From NCBI RefSeq assembly GCF_027921745.1, contig NC_079239.1, positions 1,488,001-1,552,000 of the forward strand: a stretch of DNA of 64,000 nt, given 5' to 3'. The stretch's first letter is position 1. Each line of letters starts with the position of its first letter. The position numbers and the translations under genes are program-made. This document shows, piece by piece, positions 46,330 through 58,029 of this stretch. This stretch comes from Schizosaccharomyces osmophilus. Taxonomy: Eukaryota. Below the pieces are notes generated by a model, which was not told the DNA's origin, did no database searches, and worked only from the letters and a program-made list of their open reading frames with translations.

Positions 46330-47784
46330 ATGTCGAAGCAACCGATTGATACATCTAATGAATTCAAGACCCAAAAGGATTTAGAAATTGATCCAGAGTG
46401 TGCGCTCGAACATGATCGGCAAATGTTGCAACAGCTTTCTGAGCATGCCTCTGACCTGGATTCCCCTAATGTTGCTTCCAATGGCGATATTCCACTCGGG
46501 TTTGACCTTTCTGGCATTCCAATTAATATGACTCCAGATTTTTATCTGCGAATGAACCAAAATATGGAATACACTTTTAACCAGTCAAATCCAGTTGCCT
46601 CTCCTCAATATCTACTTCGCAGCTCTCTGGTTCCGACTTTGGCAAATCTCAGCAATATCATTTTGTCTATTCTTGGGAAGCCTGTACAAGAGGCTTCAGC
46701 CATCGTTACAAATCCAGCGTCAGAAATGGGAATGGCCTTCACAAAGCTGATGAGCATGTTTCGTATGATTAAAGACATATACACCGAGGATTCGTTCATT
46801 TACCCCGCCGTCATTAGTATGCGTACTCCTTCTCAGCGAAGTGCCGTTCGTCGGGCCAATTTGGCAATTTTTTTGTCTGCAGTTTATGGTGCTCTTCAGA
46901 TTGGTTTCTTCCATTTAAACGAAAATTTCCTGGAAGTGTTTGCTCCTGATGAAGCCAACATTCTTACCAACCAAGGCACCCTGTACATGGAATTGAAAAC
47001 GCAGGCTTACATTTCTGCCATGGCTCAAGCAGAGCGACCTAAGGAAGATATTTTAAATGACCTTTTCCCTTCCGATATGGCTCATCGGTTTTTACTGCGC
47101 CGTAATGCCAAGCTAGACGACAAGCTCACTTATGTTGAGAAACAGATCCTCGAGAAATGTGCTGCTCGGAAAGAACGGTTATCGAATTTTACTCCTCAAG
47201 AGGCTTTAAACGAAGTTTATCCCTGGGGAAAATTTTTAAGTGAAATAGCCTGCTATATTCACAACAATCACTCATCGATTGCAGCTATTCCTGTTCCCAA
47301 TGGCAATGTCAAGCGGAAAGCGAAAAAACAGGGAGGTAGATATAAATCATGTGAGGAGAATTCGTCTCCTTCAGAGTCTGGTTCTGATTTGACAGACGGT
47401 TTAGCTTTTGGCCTACCAACAGCGACTTTGGATGCTACTTCTGAAGCAAATAATGTTTCCAGTGTTGTATTATATGATCAGGTTCGCAGCATGACAAATA
47501 CTGGTAATGGCAACAAGCGAACCAAAAAAGTTGCAAATCGAAGGACGTGGACGAAGGAGGAAGAAGAAGCTCTTTTGGATGGCCTTGATTCAGTAAAGGG
47601 TCCCCGATGGAGTCAAATTTTGGAGCTTTACGGACCTGGTGGTAGAAAAAATGAAGTCTTAAAACATCGCAATCAAGTTCAGTTGAAGGATAAAGCTCGA
47701 AATATGAAGCTTTTTTTCTTAAAAAGCGGACAGATTGTTCCGGCCCCTTTGCAATGTGTTACTGGTGATCTTCGGAGAGAGTAA
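46330..47784 (+). CDS. tbf1: Telobox/Myb DNA-binding protein Tbf1
   Basis: TRFH-like region (RRANLAIF, ELKTQAYIS) plus C-terminal Myb (RRTWTKEEE..W..IL..RNQVQLKDKARN). Confidence 0.9.
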   Translation: MSKQPIDTSNEFKTQKDLEIDPECALEHDRQMLQQLSEHASDLDSPNVASNGDIPLGFDLSGIPINMTPDFYLRMNQNMEYTFNQSNPVASPQYLLRSSLVPTLANLSNIILSILGKPVQEASAIVTNPASEMGMAFTKLMSMFRMIKDIYTEDSFIYPAVISMRTPSQRSAVRRANLAIFLSAVYGALQIGFFHLNENFLEVFAPDEANILTNQGTLYMELKTQAYISAMAQAERPKEDILNDLFPSDMAHRFLLRRNAKLDDKLTYVEKQILEKCAARKERLSNFTPQEALNEVYPWGKFLSEIACYIHNNHSSIAAIPVPNGNVKRKAKKQGGRYKSCEENSSPSESGSDLTDGLAFGLPTATLDATSEANNVSSVVLYDQVRSMTNTGNGNKRTKKVANRRTWTKEEEEALLDGLDSVKGPRWSQILELYGPGGRKNEVLKHRNQVQLKDKARNMKLFFLKSGQIVPAPLQCVTGDLRRE

Positions 47785-47880
47785 AACTACAAGATGACCG
47801 TTTGCTTTTTTAGAAATTGTGTTTTTATCTTTTACTGAGTTTGAATGGTTTGGGTTATTTATATAATTTTATTTTAATGT

Positions 47881-49226
47881 CTAAGGAATTTTGGGGAATA
47901 ATACTTTAAGACTGTTCATCACAATAGAACATTCACGGGTATCTTTTGTAACAATTTCAGAAGATGACTTTGCAATTGCTTGTTCAACTATGTGAGATAC
48001 TCTTTGGCAATCGTTCCGGAAAACTTGAAGCAAAGTAGGATCTCGACGATCTAGGTTCTGCATTTTTGTGCTTATTGAAATAGCTAGTTCCTTAAAATAA
48101 AACATGCTAATTGTAGCGCCATCAAGAATGAAATTGGGTTGTGCTTGAAAGTATTCTAATAAGTTAGCGTATTGTGGTTGGCAAATGGTAGTTTGCTTGA
48201 GAGTCTTTTCCCAGAAAACGCATTGAGATCCAATTTGTGAGATTTGATACCATCCATCTTCAAATTTAGACCAAACTGTAGAATTAGCCGCGGTCGAATC
48301 AGCGGATGAATACAAAAGTCTACGCGTTGTTGGAGACAGCTGAAAGATAGCTTCAAAGCAAGCATTTGCTTTTTGGATTTTAGAGCCTAACAGCTGAGAC
48401 ATATTTCTCTCAAGAAGATACTTGTCTAGTAAAAACAAGGTAGAGCAACCATTGGAAAAGGTTGAGGAATTTGCTGCTAAAATATCTGATTCCTCTTGCG
48501 CCAACAAGAAACTTGACGTTTCTTTTAACATCCTAGAGTGGATGCCGATATTCAAGCTGGAAAATGACTGTACGGAAGATTGGCGTTTCTAAACCTGGTT
48601 AGTTGATTGTAAAACCATAGATAACAAAATACGTACAATAAGCGGATAGCGAGCAAGGAGTTGATCCATCTCTTGCAACAAGGTAGCCGCTCCAAAATAA
48701 TTTTCAAATCTGTACAGTTAGTCGTATGAACGAAACAAAATGGAAAAGACGAAAGGGAAGTAGTGACATACCGTTCATGCTCGTTAGGAACACTGTCCGC
48801 CAAAGCTACCAACTGTTTCTGCAGATCAAAGTAGCGATGAATCCAGTTTAAGCTGATATAAGTTGAATGAAGATTCACGATGGAGTCATGCAATGGAGAT
48901 GCAGAATTATAGGGAACGGTAATTAGAGAGCGTATTCTTTCATAAACATCTGTGAGTTGCTTCATTTTTTCTCTGACTTCTGTTAATCTCGATTGATTTT
49001 GGAGTAAGAATTCCACATTTTCTGCAAGATTATGTTCGTTTGAACCAATAAAAGTCTTTCTTTGGTTTTCAATTTCCTTCAAAGCATATCCTAACCGCTT
49101 TTTCGCTACTGCTTTGTCTTCTGCTGCGTCTGATGCTGCATGAACAGAAGCTAGCACCTGTTTCGCCTGTTTCTTCGGATCAAAGTCGTGAGCTTTATAA
49201 TCGGAAAAGTCATATTGAAATTGCAT
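47881..49226 (-). CDS. cog5: Golgi transport complex subunit Cog5; exons 49226-48772, 48709-48637, 48588-47881
   Basis: N-terminal DFDP..A..VL, coiled coil, RI...I..PY. Two frame-preserving introns; synteny. Confidence 0.75.
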
Positions 49227-49558
49227 GGAAGTGAAATAAAGACGAGAAACGAAATAGAGGTATCACAATAACAAACAGTTTCCTCTGGCAGATGCGAATC
49301 CTAAAGGGAGACGAATTATAAAAAGTAGGCAGAAAGAAAATTAGGGGTATAATAGAATACACGAAAGAAAGCAATTCACATAAAGATCACGACTCTCCTT
49401 ACAATTATGTCTTACAATCCTGGTGTTGTTCTTGGGATTTCAATCGCATAGTGACAACCCATTCCTACTCGGTAAGTAACGTTTCAAACTAAAGGCCCTA
49501 TTCAATACATGGTGACCATTGTGTCTTCGGCCACTGAGTCAATGCTTTTATTTCTGAT

Positions 49559-49559
<1 letters not shown>

Positions 49560-49605
<46 letters not shown>
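49560..49605. repeat. Poly(dT) tract of 46 nt
   Basis: Uninterrupted T run in the cog5/nup44 divergent region. Confidence 0.95.
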
Positions 49606-49609
<4 letters not shown>

Positions 49610-50147
49610 AAGTAAGATCTGGACGAAAACCTATATTCGCGAATATCAGAGAAGTTATTTTTGCTATTCTAAAATAGAATCATGATATGGATAATGTTTA
49701 AATAAGAGCATTATGCGTAAACTACTGTGCAAATTATTTTTTATACACGTACTATTGTTACACAAAGCATAAACGCATATGCCATGTATATTATGATTAT
49801 ATGCCTATATGAGCTAATATGTATAAGGATATTCATAGTTACTTCCTTTGCTTCCTTGTAGAAGAGAATTCTATTTTCCTACAATTGTTTTCCATGGTAT
49901 TAATATAAACATTTGTTTTTTTAAAAGTATTCTAAATCATCTTTCAAATTATGTATATTTCCCTAATGGGAATTCTTGAGTTTTGATGGTGCAGTACAGT
50001 AAAGCTCATTGTGCGGTGCAACAAAGGGCACCACACTACGAAGCGAAATCCTCATACACACTTTACTTTTACCTGCACTTCTTAGCTAAGGAGTGCCTAC
50101 AAAAAACAAAAGTCGTTGATCAAGATAGACATTTTCATTCTATAACA

Positions 50148-51428
50148 ATGTCGTTTTCTTTTGGTAAGTAGAAACATATTAAAACTGCACAGTGCTAACG
50201 CATTTCATTAGGTCAACCTGCGTCGTCGTCAAACACGCCATCTTTTGGTACATCAGGATTGTTTGGTCAACAAAAACAAAATGCTCCTACATCAAACTTT
50301 GGGTCGGGATCGCTGTTTGGAGGAGCGAATCCAGGTTCCAATCCTTCCAGTACTAGTCCTGCAGGAGGATTAGCAGGTTCTTCATTATTTGGTCAACCAC
50401 AGCAGCAACCTGGTGGTATCGGCGGTCCTTCTACATTTGGATCACAGCCTTCAACTGGATTTGGTGCTACCACAACCGCAGCACCCCCTTCTTCTAATAC
50501 TCCTGCGGATGCCGGTGCATCCTCAACTCAACCTCTTTTCTCTTGGAGTACAAATCCTACCACAGCAAAGTCTTCCGATATGGGCATGTCATCTGCGAAT
50601 CCAAATGGGTTTTTGTTATCCTCCACCATGTCTCCGAATGCGGCAGTCAGTAATGCTCAGTATGGCCCTGCCCAACCCCCTTCCATCGAAGAACAAACAC
50701 AAAAAATTCTGAATGCTTGGAATTTGAAGCATCCTGATAGCGCGTTCCAAAGGTATTTTTATAACAAAGTTCCGGTTGAACAAGCGGCCCTATATGTTAA
50801 ACCGCCTACTCACAACCAGCAAAAATGGGACGAAGCTGTTGCAAATAGACCTAGTAACAGCGTTGTGCCAGTGCTTGCTGTTGGATTTCCTGATGTACAA
50901 AAAAGAATGAATATGCAAATTAATCAGGTCAATGCTTATCGCATTCGTATGCGAGAAATTGTCGAAACACTTGAACGATTAGGCAACAAACACGACCTTA
51001 GCTCCAATATAAAACTTACAGAAGCAAAGAATCGCCATATACAACTTTCAGAGCGTGTTCTTCGCCTAGCTATCAAAGTGCATGTCTTGAGACATCGTGG
51101 TTATGCTTTGAAATCTAATGAAGAGGATTTGAGGAAACAACTCGACGAGCTTGCTAAATCTCTCAGCAATCCCGAAGTGTTTGGCCGTTTGAACGAAATT
51201 TGGGCACGAATTACTTTGATTTTTGAGGGAGAGAAGGTTTCAGATGAACAACGGAATTCCCTCGCAAAAGGCACAATTGATTGGACCAAAAACAATGATC
51301 AATTACAAACCATCACAGATGTTTTACGCGATCATCAAAATGGTTTATCATATGTAGCCAAGCTAATTCAAGAGGATCTGGGTACATTGAGCAAACAACT
51401 AGATGAACAAACTAGTGTGTCAAAGTAA
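50148..51428 (+). CDS. nup44: Nucleoporin of the Nup54/Nup57 family; exons 50148-50163 and 50212-51428
   Basis: FG-repeat N-terminus; FQRYFYNKV, WDEA, VPVLAVGF.D..KR, GRLNEIWA. Confidence 0.9.
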
Positions 51429-51976
51429 ATCTATCCAGGATTGACAGTGTTGTTTTTCTTTTTTCTTTTTTTTTATATAATGAAACGAGCACATGTACTT
51501 GGGGTTTGTAATCTTATTTTGGGCAACTTGTTTTCTCTTTCTTGTTCTTGTCAAATCGGTGATCATATTATTTCCTCACTATTCCCGTGAAATAAATCGA
51601 TATTCTTAATTTTCTGCTTCTTGTTGATTACCTCGTGTCATTTATTATTTAGACTACATCAGCTCAGCTCTTTTAATCTTATTACACCAGCTTATTTATC
51701 ACAAATCCATACATCATGGAAGTACCTGAATTTGCAAGCCTTTACAAAGTAATGAACCACATTGATATCACGATAAACTATTGACTTTATAAACATCACC
51801 CTGAGCTTCCAACAAGATATGAAAAAGTGTTAAAAATTGTATTTTATTAGCTGAATGCCAGTATAGGGCATGTATGGCAAATAAATCATCAGCTGAACAA
51901 CACCTTACACGCATAGCAACGCTAAATTCATCGTGAACAGTGTATGTATATACAGAAGTTGTGCTCATGAAAAGCT

Positions 51977-52269
51977 TTAAGCGCGCAAGTTCTTGACGAA
52001 AGAGATGACAAAAGGAGCTTAGAAAAAATGTTAGCAAGAGGATATTTCAAGAAAAATTCTAATCGCATTTTTTGAAACTTACTCAAAGCAAGAATGGCAG
52101 CAACAGAAGCACCTTTCTTTATTTCCTAAATAAAATCGGTTAATACAAACTGCTGCATATTCTTTCAAACGTGAATCCCTTTCTGCAAATCGTGGTCACA
52201 TACAGAAATAGCAAGGTTATCATATTGCTTGACTTCTTCTTTAGAAGGACGACCGGAACCAGCGAACAT
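51977..52269 (-). CDS. tom5: Mitochondrial TOM complex subunit Tom5 (49 aa); exons 52269-52204, 52125-52083, 52017-51977; not in the ORF track
   Basis: Spliced product [49 protein letters not shown] fits the Tom5 pattern MF..S.EE and a Pro-containing tail anchor. Confidence 0.88.
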
Positions 52270-52619
52270 TGTGCAATTTCAAAAATTAGTTTAAGGTATT
52301 TTGGTGGAAGGGACTATTCGAACATGGGAATGTATCTGGTTTAGTAGCATTGGACAGGTTTCATACCTTCATTAAAACTCACTTCAATACGGTAAACCAG
52401 GTTTGCAAAGTGTAATACAAAGGGGGTTATATTAGATACTGAGGAATAGCGATACTTAAATCCAACATTTGGTCACCTATTTCATGGTTTGGCAAACGAT
52501 ACTTTTGCCAACGACCGACTGGAGAGAAAAGGAAATAAGATTTGGACTATTCATTAGATTCGAATTCATCTTGTTGCTATAAAACTCACAAAACAGCAGA
52601 TCAAACAAGGGTTCGAAAG

Positions 52620-53879
52620 ATGTCTGAATTAGACGGCCGCGATGCTGAAGTACGGAGTGCTGAAGGAGACGCAAATCGTGATGATGCCGCTGAATCCCAG
52701 CAAGAACCTTCATCACATAGCGAGGAACCTACTCGTGAAAATGCAAATATAGATTTTTCAGAAGACGAACTCTCAGATTTGGATGAAGATCAATTCGAAA
52801 ATTTTGATGAAACGAAGATTGGGCGTGAAGCCGATGATGAACCTACCATTTTCAATTTGCCTTCATTCAAGAAAAAGCAAAACTCAGAAGATGTCAAACC
52901 AGGCAAAGTGGAAAGCAGCAAAAAGGAAAGACGTGCCCGGAGAGGCAGGTCGCGTCGTTCTGCTCAACGAGGAGCTTTAGACGAACTTGAAGAGTTGGAT
53001 GAAGGAGAACGTCGTCCTGTAGTAGAAGAAGCCCCTTTGGATCCTTCTGTGGCTGCTAAGCGACAATTGGATATGCAAATAGATGCAGTTTTGAAACCAG
53101 TTCGTCCAAAAAAGCGCTCAAACGAAGACAATTTGGAACAGTTAGCCGATGATGAAGTCCTTCGTTTACGCGAACAAATGCGTTTAGCCGCTTTACGGGA
53201 TGCAGAGTTGAATTCGGAACGCCTTCCAGCAACTGAAAAGCTAAAAATGCTCCCTCTTGTAGATTCCGTTCTTCGGAAAACTCATTTGTATGATACTATT
53301 CTTGATAACAATTTGTTGGATTCTGTGCGGATGTGGTTAGAACCATTGCCCGATAGATCCCTTCCGGCACTCAATATCCAACAGTCTTTGCTCGATATAT
53401 TGGTTAAGCTTCCTATTGAAACGGAACATTTGCGTGAAAGCAAAATTGGTCGTGTAATCTTATTTTATACAATTTCTAAGAAGCCTGAGCCATTCATTAA
53501 GCGCATTGCAGATCGTCTAGTTAGTGAATGGAGTCGTCCCATCATCAAGAGAAGTGCTAACTACCGAGACCGTGCCGTTGGTATCGCTACCTTGAACCCC
53601 GAGCTCATAAACATGCGTCGTCGTAGGGATCTTGCCATTGCCGAAGACGATGTCAATAATCCCACTAGCAGAATTGGAAGAACAGTTATTCCTCAGTCCA
53701 TCGATTCTAGATACCAAGTTGCACCCCGAGTTCGTCTCAATCAAAACGGAATGTCTGTGGCTGGTCGGTTGAAGCCTGCTGATACAGAACAAGTCCGAAA
53801 ACTGAAGGCTAAAATGAAGGCTATTCGCAGTAAAAGCGCAAAGAAAAGCGGAGTTAGTATTGAAGGTCGAGGTCTTTAA
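52620..53879 (+). CDS. iws1: Transcription elongation factor Iws1/Spn1
   Basis: ATG at 52620. PATEKLKMLP, WLEPLPDRSLP, LRESKIGRV, EWSRPII, SIEGR. Confidence 0.93.
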   Translation: MSELDGRDAEVRSAEGDANRDDAAESQQEPSSHSEEPTRENANIDFSEDELSDLDEDQFENFDETKIGREADDEPTIFNLPSFKKKQNSEDVKPGKVESSKKERRARRGRSRRSAQRGALDELEELDEGERRPVVEEAPLDPSVAAKRQLDMQIDAVLKPVRPKKRSNEDNLEQLADDEVLRLREQMRLAALRDAELNSERLPATEKLKMLPLVDSVLRKTHLYDTILDNNLLDSVRMWLEPLPDRSLPALNIQQSLLDILVKLPIETEHLRESKIGRVILFYTISKKPEPFIKRIADRLVSEWSRPIIKRSANYRDRAVGIATLNPELINMRRRRDLAIAEDDVNNPTSRIGRTVIPQSIDSRYQVAPRVRLNQNGMSVAGRLKPADTEQVRKLKAKMKAIRSKSAKKSGVSIEGRGL

Positions 53880-54418
53880 TTTGATCAACAATATCCAAAT
53901 AGTCTATATCGCTTCAGGATTACTCCTACTGCTCGAATTTCATGCAATCAGAAATGTGTTTGTAACATGCAATATTATTTAATTTAAAGGTCGTGGTAAT
54001 ACCGTGCATTATCGTTGGGAGAGAACATGTTGCGAGAAATCATGGAAGTATTCTTCTATTCTAAAGTTCTTTTGTAATGTTATACATGAAACGTGTATAT
54101 ATAATGATTAATCAATATGGTCATAGCAGGTTCTAAGTGTTTTCTACACATTCAGCAACCGCATTGTATAATAAAATTCTCCTATATATATATGTATCTT
54201 TAATTTCATCGTACTTTTTAAAGTATAAAAGCTGCAACAAATTGGATGTAAAGTAGCTCTTCTATGTACTTTCGGTGATTTCGGAGGTTTGGGAGGCCTT
54301 TGTCGGTCATTTATAAAGATATGTCGGTGATATGTCGATCGTAGTTCACCGAGTTCAGATCAGTAAGGATAGAATATGGGAGTTCAAGGTTGATAAGCGC
54401 ATAATAAAAAGGTTGAAA

Positions 54419-56300
54419 ATGAGCAGGTGTAAGGAGTCAAAGTCATCAAGAACTTGCTTTAGAACTGTTACTAATTAAAACCAGCTCGCTTGTTAAACAC
54501 TATGAAGCCGCTAGGCGCTTTATTACCAGAAGTCGAAGGACCACAGACTCGAGTATGTAGCTTGGATGAAGGCCCAGCCATTTTTTGAACAGCAAAGGAA
54601 ATGGAAGTTTACTAACTTTTAAAGTATGAAATGATTGAAAAGTTGGCTTGGATGGCCGGTTGTGCTGTGATCTATCAGGTCTTGCTAAACATGCCTGTTT
54701 ACGGCGTCCCAAAACGCGAATTCGTAGACCCTATCAAGTATGATTTATGAAACTTCTTTGATCGGATGATATGCTAACTTTATTTAGCATCTGGCGTGTG
54801 CTAGATGGTTCTTCTGCATCGTAAGTCGCTAAAATCCTGAATGTTGAATGGAAGGGGACCAGGAACAAAGGGTCTTTTGAGTTACACATTTGTGGGACGT
54901 CTCACAAGAGGTTGAGGATTTTGCCTACAGTGAAGACGATAGCAAGACAATTCTGTAATGCTCTGAACGACCGAATGAAGCCCTGAGTCCTTTTTCTTTT
55001 CGACCAATTTCCAGTTTACAGGGGTTTGTTTCAAAAAACTAACAATAGCAGTGGTGTTTTGGTCACGGGTTTGGCTCCCATCTTCTTCTCTGGCTTTCTA
55101 ATGCAACTTTTGGCTGCCGGTCGTAAAATAGCTGTTAATTTTAATTTAATCAGCGACCGAGTCATGTTTCAAAATACCCAAAAAGGTTTGTGATATCCTC
55201 TTCATGGTTAGTTTTGTTGACTAATATTTTTAGTTTTCTCTGCTTTCTTGTATCTCCTTTTCTCTATCGCATACGTTGTATCAGGCTACTATGGCCCCGT
55301 CTCTGAACTTGGCATCGTTTTAGTTCTCATTTTCATAGTTCAATTATTCATATCCGGAATTATTTGTATTTATTTATGCGAAATTGTCGAAAAGGGATAC
55401 GGCTTGGGCTCTGGTCCTGTTCTTCTCTTGGCGTCTCATATTGTTTCTTCTTTGTTCTGGCAGATTCTAAGTTTCAGCCGTTATCAGTTGACTGAAGACA
55501 TTAGCCAATATGAAGGTACCCTTGTCGGGTTGGTATTCTCTCTGTTTTCATACAAAGAAAAGTTTTACGCCCTTCGTTCAATTCTCTTCCGTACTGATCG
55601 TTTGAATGTTTTTAGCCTTTTAGCTTGTGTTGGTGCATTTGTCGCCTTCATTTATCTTTTGAGCATGAGAATTGATATCTCGATTCGGTCATCCCGGGTT
55701 CGTGGATTCCGTCAAAACTTCCCTTTGAAATTGTTTTACACTTCCATCAGCCCTTTCTTGTGTATCTTCTTTTTCGTTTCTCATCTTTTAGTGTTAGCCT
55801 ACTTTATTCACAGCATGTTCCCTAACTCTGTTTTTACTCGCTTTTTGGTTCAGTACACAAAGAATGAGACTCATCCAATTCAACAATTGCGTCTAACTGG
55901 TGGGTTGATTTATTACTTTGTTCCTCCTTTGAGCATATGGGAAACCATCACTTGCCCGATCCACACCGTTGTCTATGTTGTACTTCTGTTCTCTACATCT
56001 CTCTATCTTTCTCTCGCTTGGACGAAAGCCACCGGCAGCGGACCTCGTGATGTTCTTGCTTTCTTTAAGGAGAACCAGCTTATTATGGCTGGTTTCCGTG
56101 AAGTCAGCATGTTAAGGGAGTTGGAAAAAGTTGTGCCTAGCGCTGCTCGCACCTCTGCATTGGTTATGAGCATTTTGTTATTACTTGCTGGTATCACTGC
56201 TTCCACTTTTGGATTAGGAGTAGTCGTTGCTTCTGCTCTTGTATTTGCTTCCTTTGAAGTTGTCATGGGTTCAAATCCTTCACTTGCTAATGGACTTTAA
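54419..56300 (+). CDS. Divergent Sec61-alpha paralogue (Ssh1-like); exons 54419-54428, 54485-54552, 54625-54737, 54788-54820, 55049 or 55052-55185, 55234-56300
   Basis: LLPEVE, MPVYG, GLAPI..SG..MQLL, DRVMFQNTQK, KGYGLGSG, FPLKLFYT, GSGPRDV. Five introns keep the frame. Confidence 0.9.
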
Positions 56301-56970
56301 CGTTGAACTTACTATAGAGGAGTGCCAATGATAGACAATTTTCATGAAGAAAAGTTTATGCTGCTTTGAACTGCGCTGTTTTACTGTTTTCTTTATGATA
56401 TTAAAAAACAATCACATTTAAATTTCTATTCACTGTGAAACCTTTAATTATTTTTGTAGAAATTATTCTCTGACAAAAATAAGTAAATAAGTAAATTTTT
56501 TCTATTATACTCAAGCATATAAATTATGTTAAAATCTAGAAGGGAAAGCTTCAAGTCGAACGATGCATCTTGTATGATTTGGTTGTAAAGATCAGACAAC
56601 CCTTCAGCTGTTCTGTAACTGTACAGACTGCTGAGTCGTACGAGCACACCACCAGAAAACTGAGGCTCGGTTTGTGTAAAGGTATTTAAATAAGCCATTT
56701 ATTTGACTTATTACTTACTTTTTACCATTGAAAACATTATACGATAATCATTTTCACGACTGCTCTGGATGCCTTACTAACGCTGAACGCGTAAGAATTG
56801 GAATTGCCATATCTGGGTATATATTTGGTGATAATAGCTGTTTCATCGTAATATATATTGTTTCATCCTTCTTGCACTATTAGGTGTAAGTTTACTCATC
56901 AGGTTTAACACGGTGTCGTCTTGCCTAGTCGCATTTGCTTTTTTATTCCTCTTTTTATTTACTTACAGAT

Positions 56971-58029
56971 ATGACTGCAAGTAGTTATAGCAGTAACGCA
57001 AACAACTATGAGCTTATCCCTTGTAGAGAGTTAACGTGGAACCTTTCACGATCTCATTTAACGACTCAGTACAAGTCATTTTATATGTGCTTTGACGATG
57101 GATCGTTTGGGTATATTCAATTTGCATACGGAAACCTTGGATTATTCGTAAAAGTTGCTCCCTTAGGATGGACTTACTATCCTTCAAAGGATCAACCGGA
57201 CCAGGAGCCCATTATCTCCAGCTCTACGTATATGTACAGGAGTATGAAGGTTTCCAAGGATCATTACAGTGTTGACGTTCATAAACATTTCATGCATTTT
57301 GACGTGAAGGCGCAAACTTGGCATGTTGGGATTGAAGGAATGTACGATCTTACCATACAAATGAAAAACGACGGGTACGCTTTAACGGATTTTGGTCAAA
57401 ACAATACTGGAGGGTACATGGAACATAAAATATTTCCAGTCAGTTCTCTTAAGGGCTCGGTCACTGCGCATGGAAACACAAGAAATGTTACTGGCACTGC
57501 TGTCTTCATTGACGCCATGTTTTTTAAAGATAAATTTACCAATTTGGGACATACATGGCAAAATAGTCTATTGTTTGACGAGTCCAAAAAGAATGTTTTG
57601 ACTTGTTTGCATTATTTTCCCCGAAATACAGCCGACACTTTTCGATCCCAAGCTAGTTTGACTCTGGATGACAAACTGGTTGCCGTTCTCTTGAAAAATG
57701 AGTATTCCACAAATGGCGCTTCCCGGGTGGATGGGATACGATACCAATTACCTACCCATATCGATCGGGTGCTTACAGGATCTACGCTTGACGACAAGCC
57801 TGTCCGGGTGCATCTGGCATCAGATCTTGACAAAGTTCAAAGTATCACTGATGTATTAAATATTTTCCCCAAATGGGCAAAGGATGTTGTATCTATATGG
57901 GCTGGCCTTCCTTATGTCTTTGTGTGGTTGCAGCATTTGAAAGCTGAGGTATATATAGATGACCAGATCGTTTCTACTTTGTCGGGTTGCCATTACGTGG
58001 AGCAAACTTGTGTCCATATGCCCAATTAA
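56971..58029 (+). CDS. Svf1-family protein
   Basis: FYMCFDDGSFGYIQ...N, GYMEHK.FP, G.AVFIDA, DVL..FP..K....AG.PY...W resemble Svf1; synteny. Confidence 0.75.
   Translation: MTASSYSSNANNYELIPCRELTWNLSRSHLTTQYKSFYMCFDDGSFGYIQFAYGNLGLFVKVAPLGWTYYPSKDQPDQEPIISSSTYMYRSMKVSKDHYSVDVHKHFMHFDVKAQTWHVGIEGMYDLTIQMKNDGYALTDFGQNNTGGYMEHKIFPVSSLKGSVTAHGNTRNVTGTAVFIDAMFFKDKFTNLGHTWQNSLLFDESKKNVLTCLHYFPRNTADTFRSQASLTLDDKLVAVLLKNEYSTNGASRVDGIRYQLPTHIDRVLTGSTLDDKPVRVHLASDLDKVQSITDVLNIFPKWAKDVVSIWAGLPYVFVWLQHLKAEVYIDDQIVSTLSGCHYVEQTCVHMPN

Noticed and set aside
49560..49980. Poly(T) as the tail of a retroposed element
   Set aside because: No target-site duplication, no ORF and no recognisable parent sequence next to it.
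52018..54624. AAG 3' splice sites (tom5 intron 2 and Sec61-paralogue intron 2)
   Set aside because: An uncommon but known acceptor class in fission yeast; both have good branch sites.
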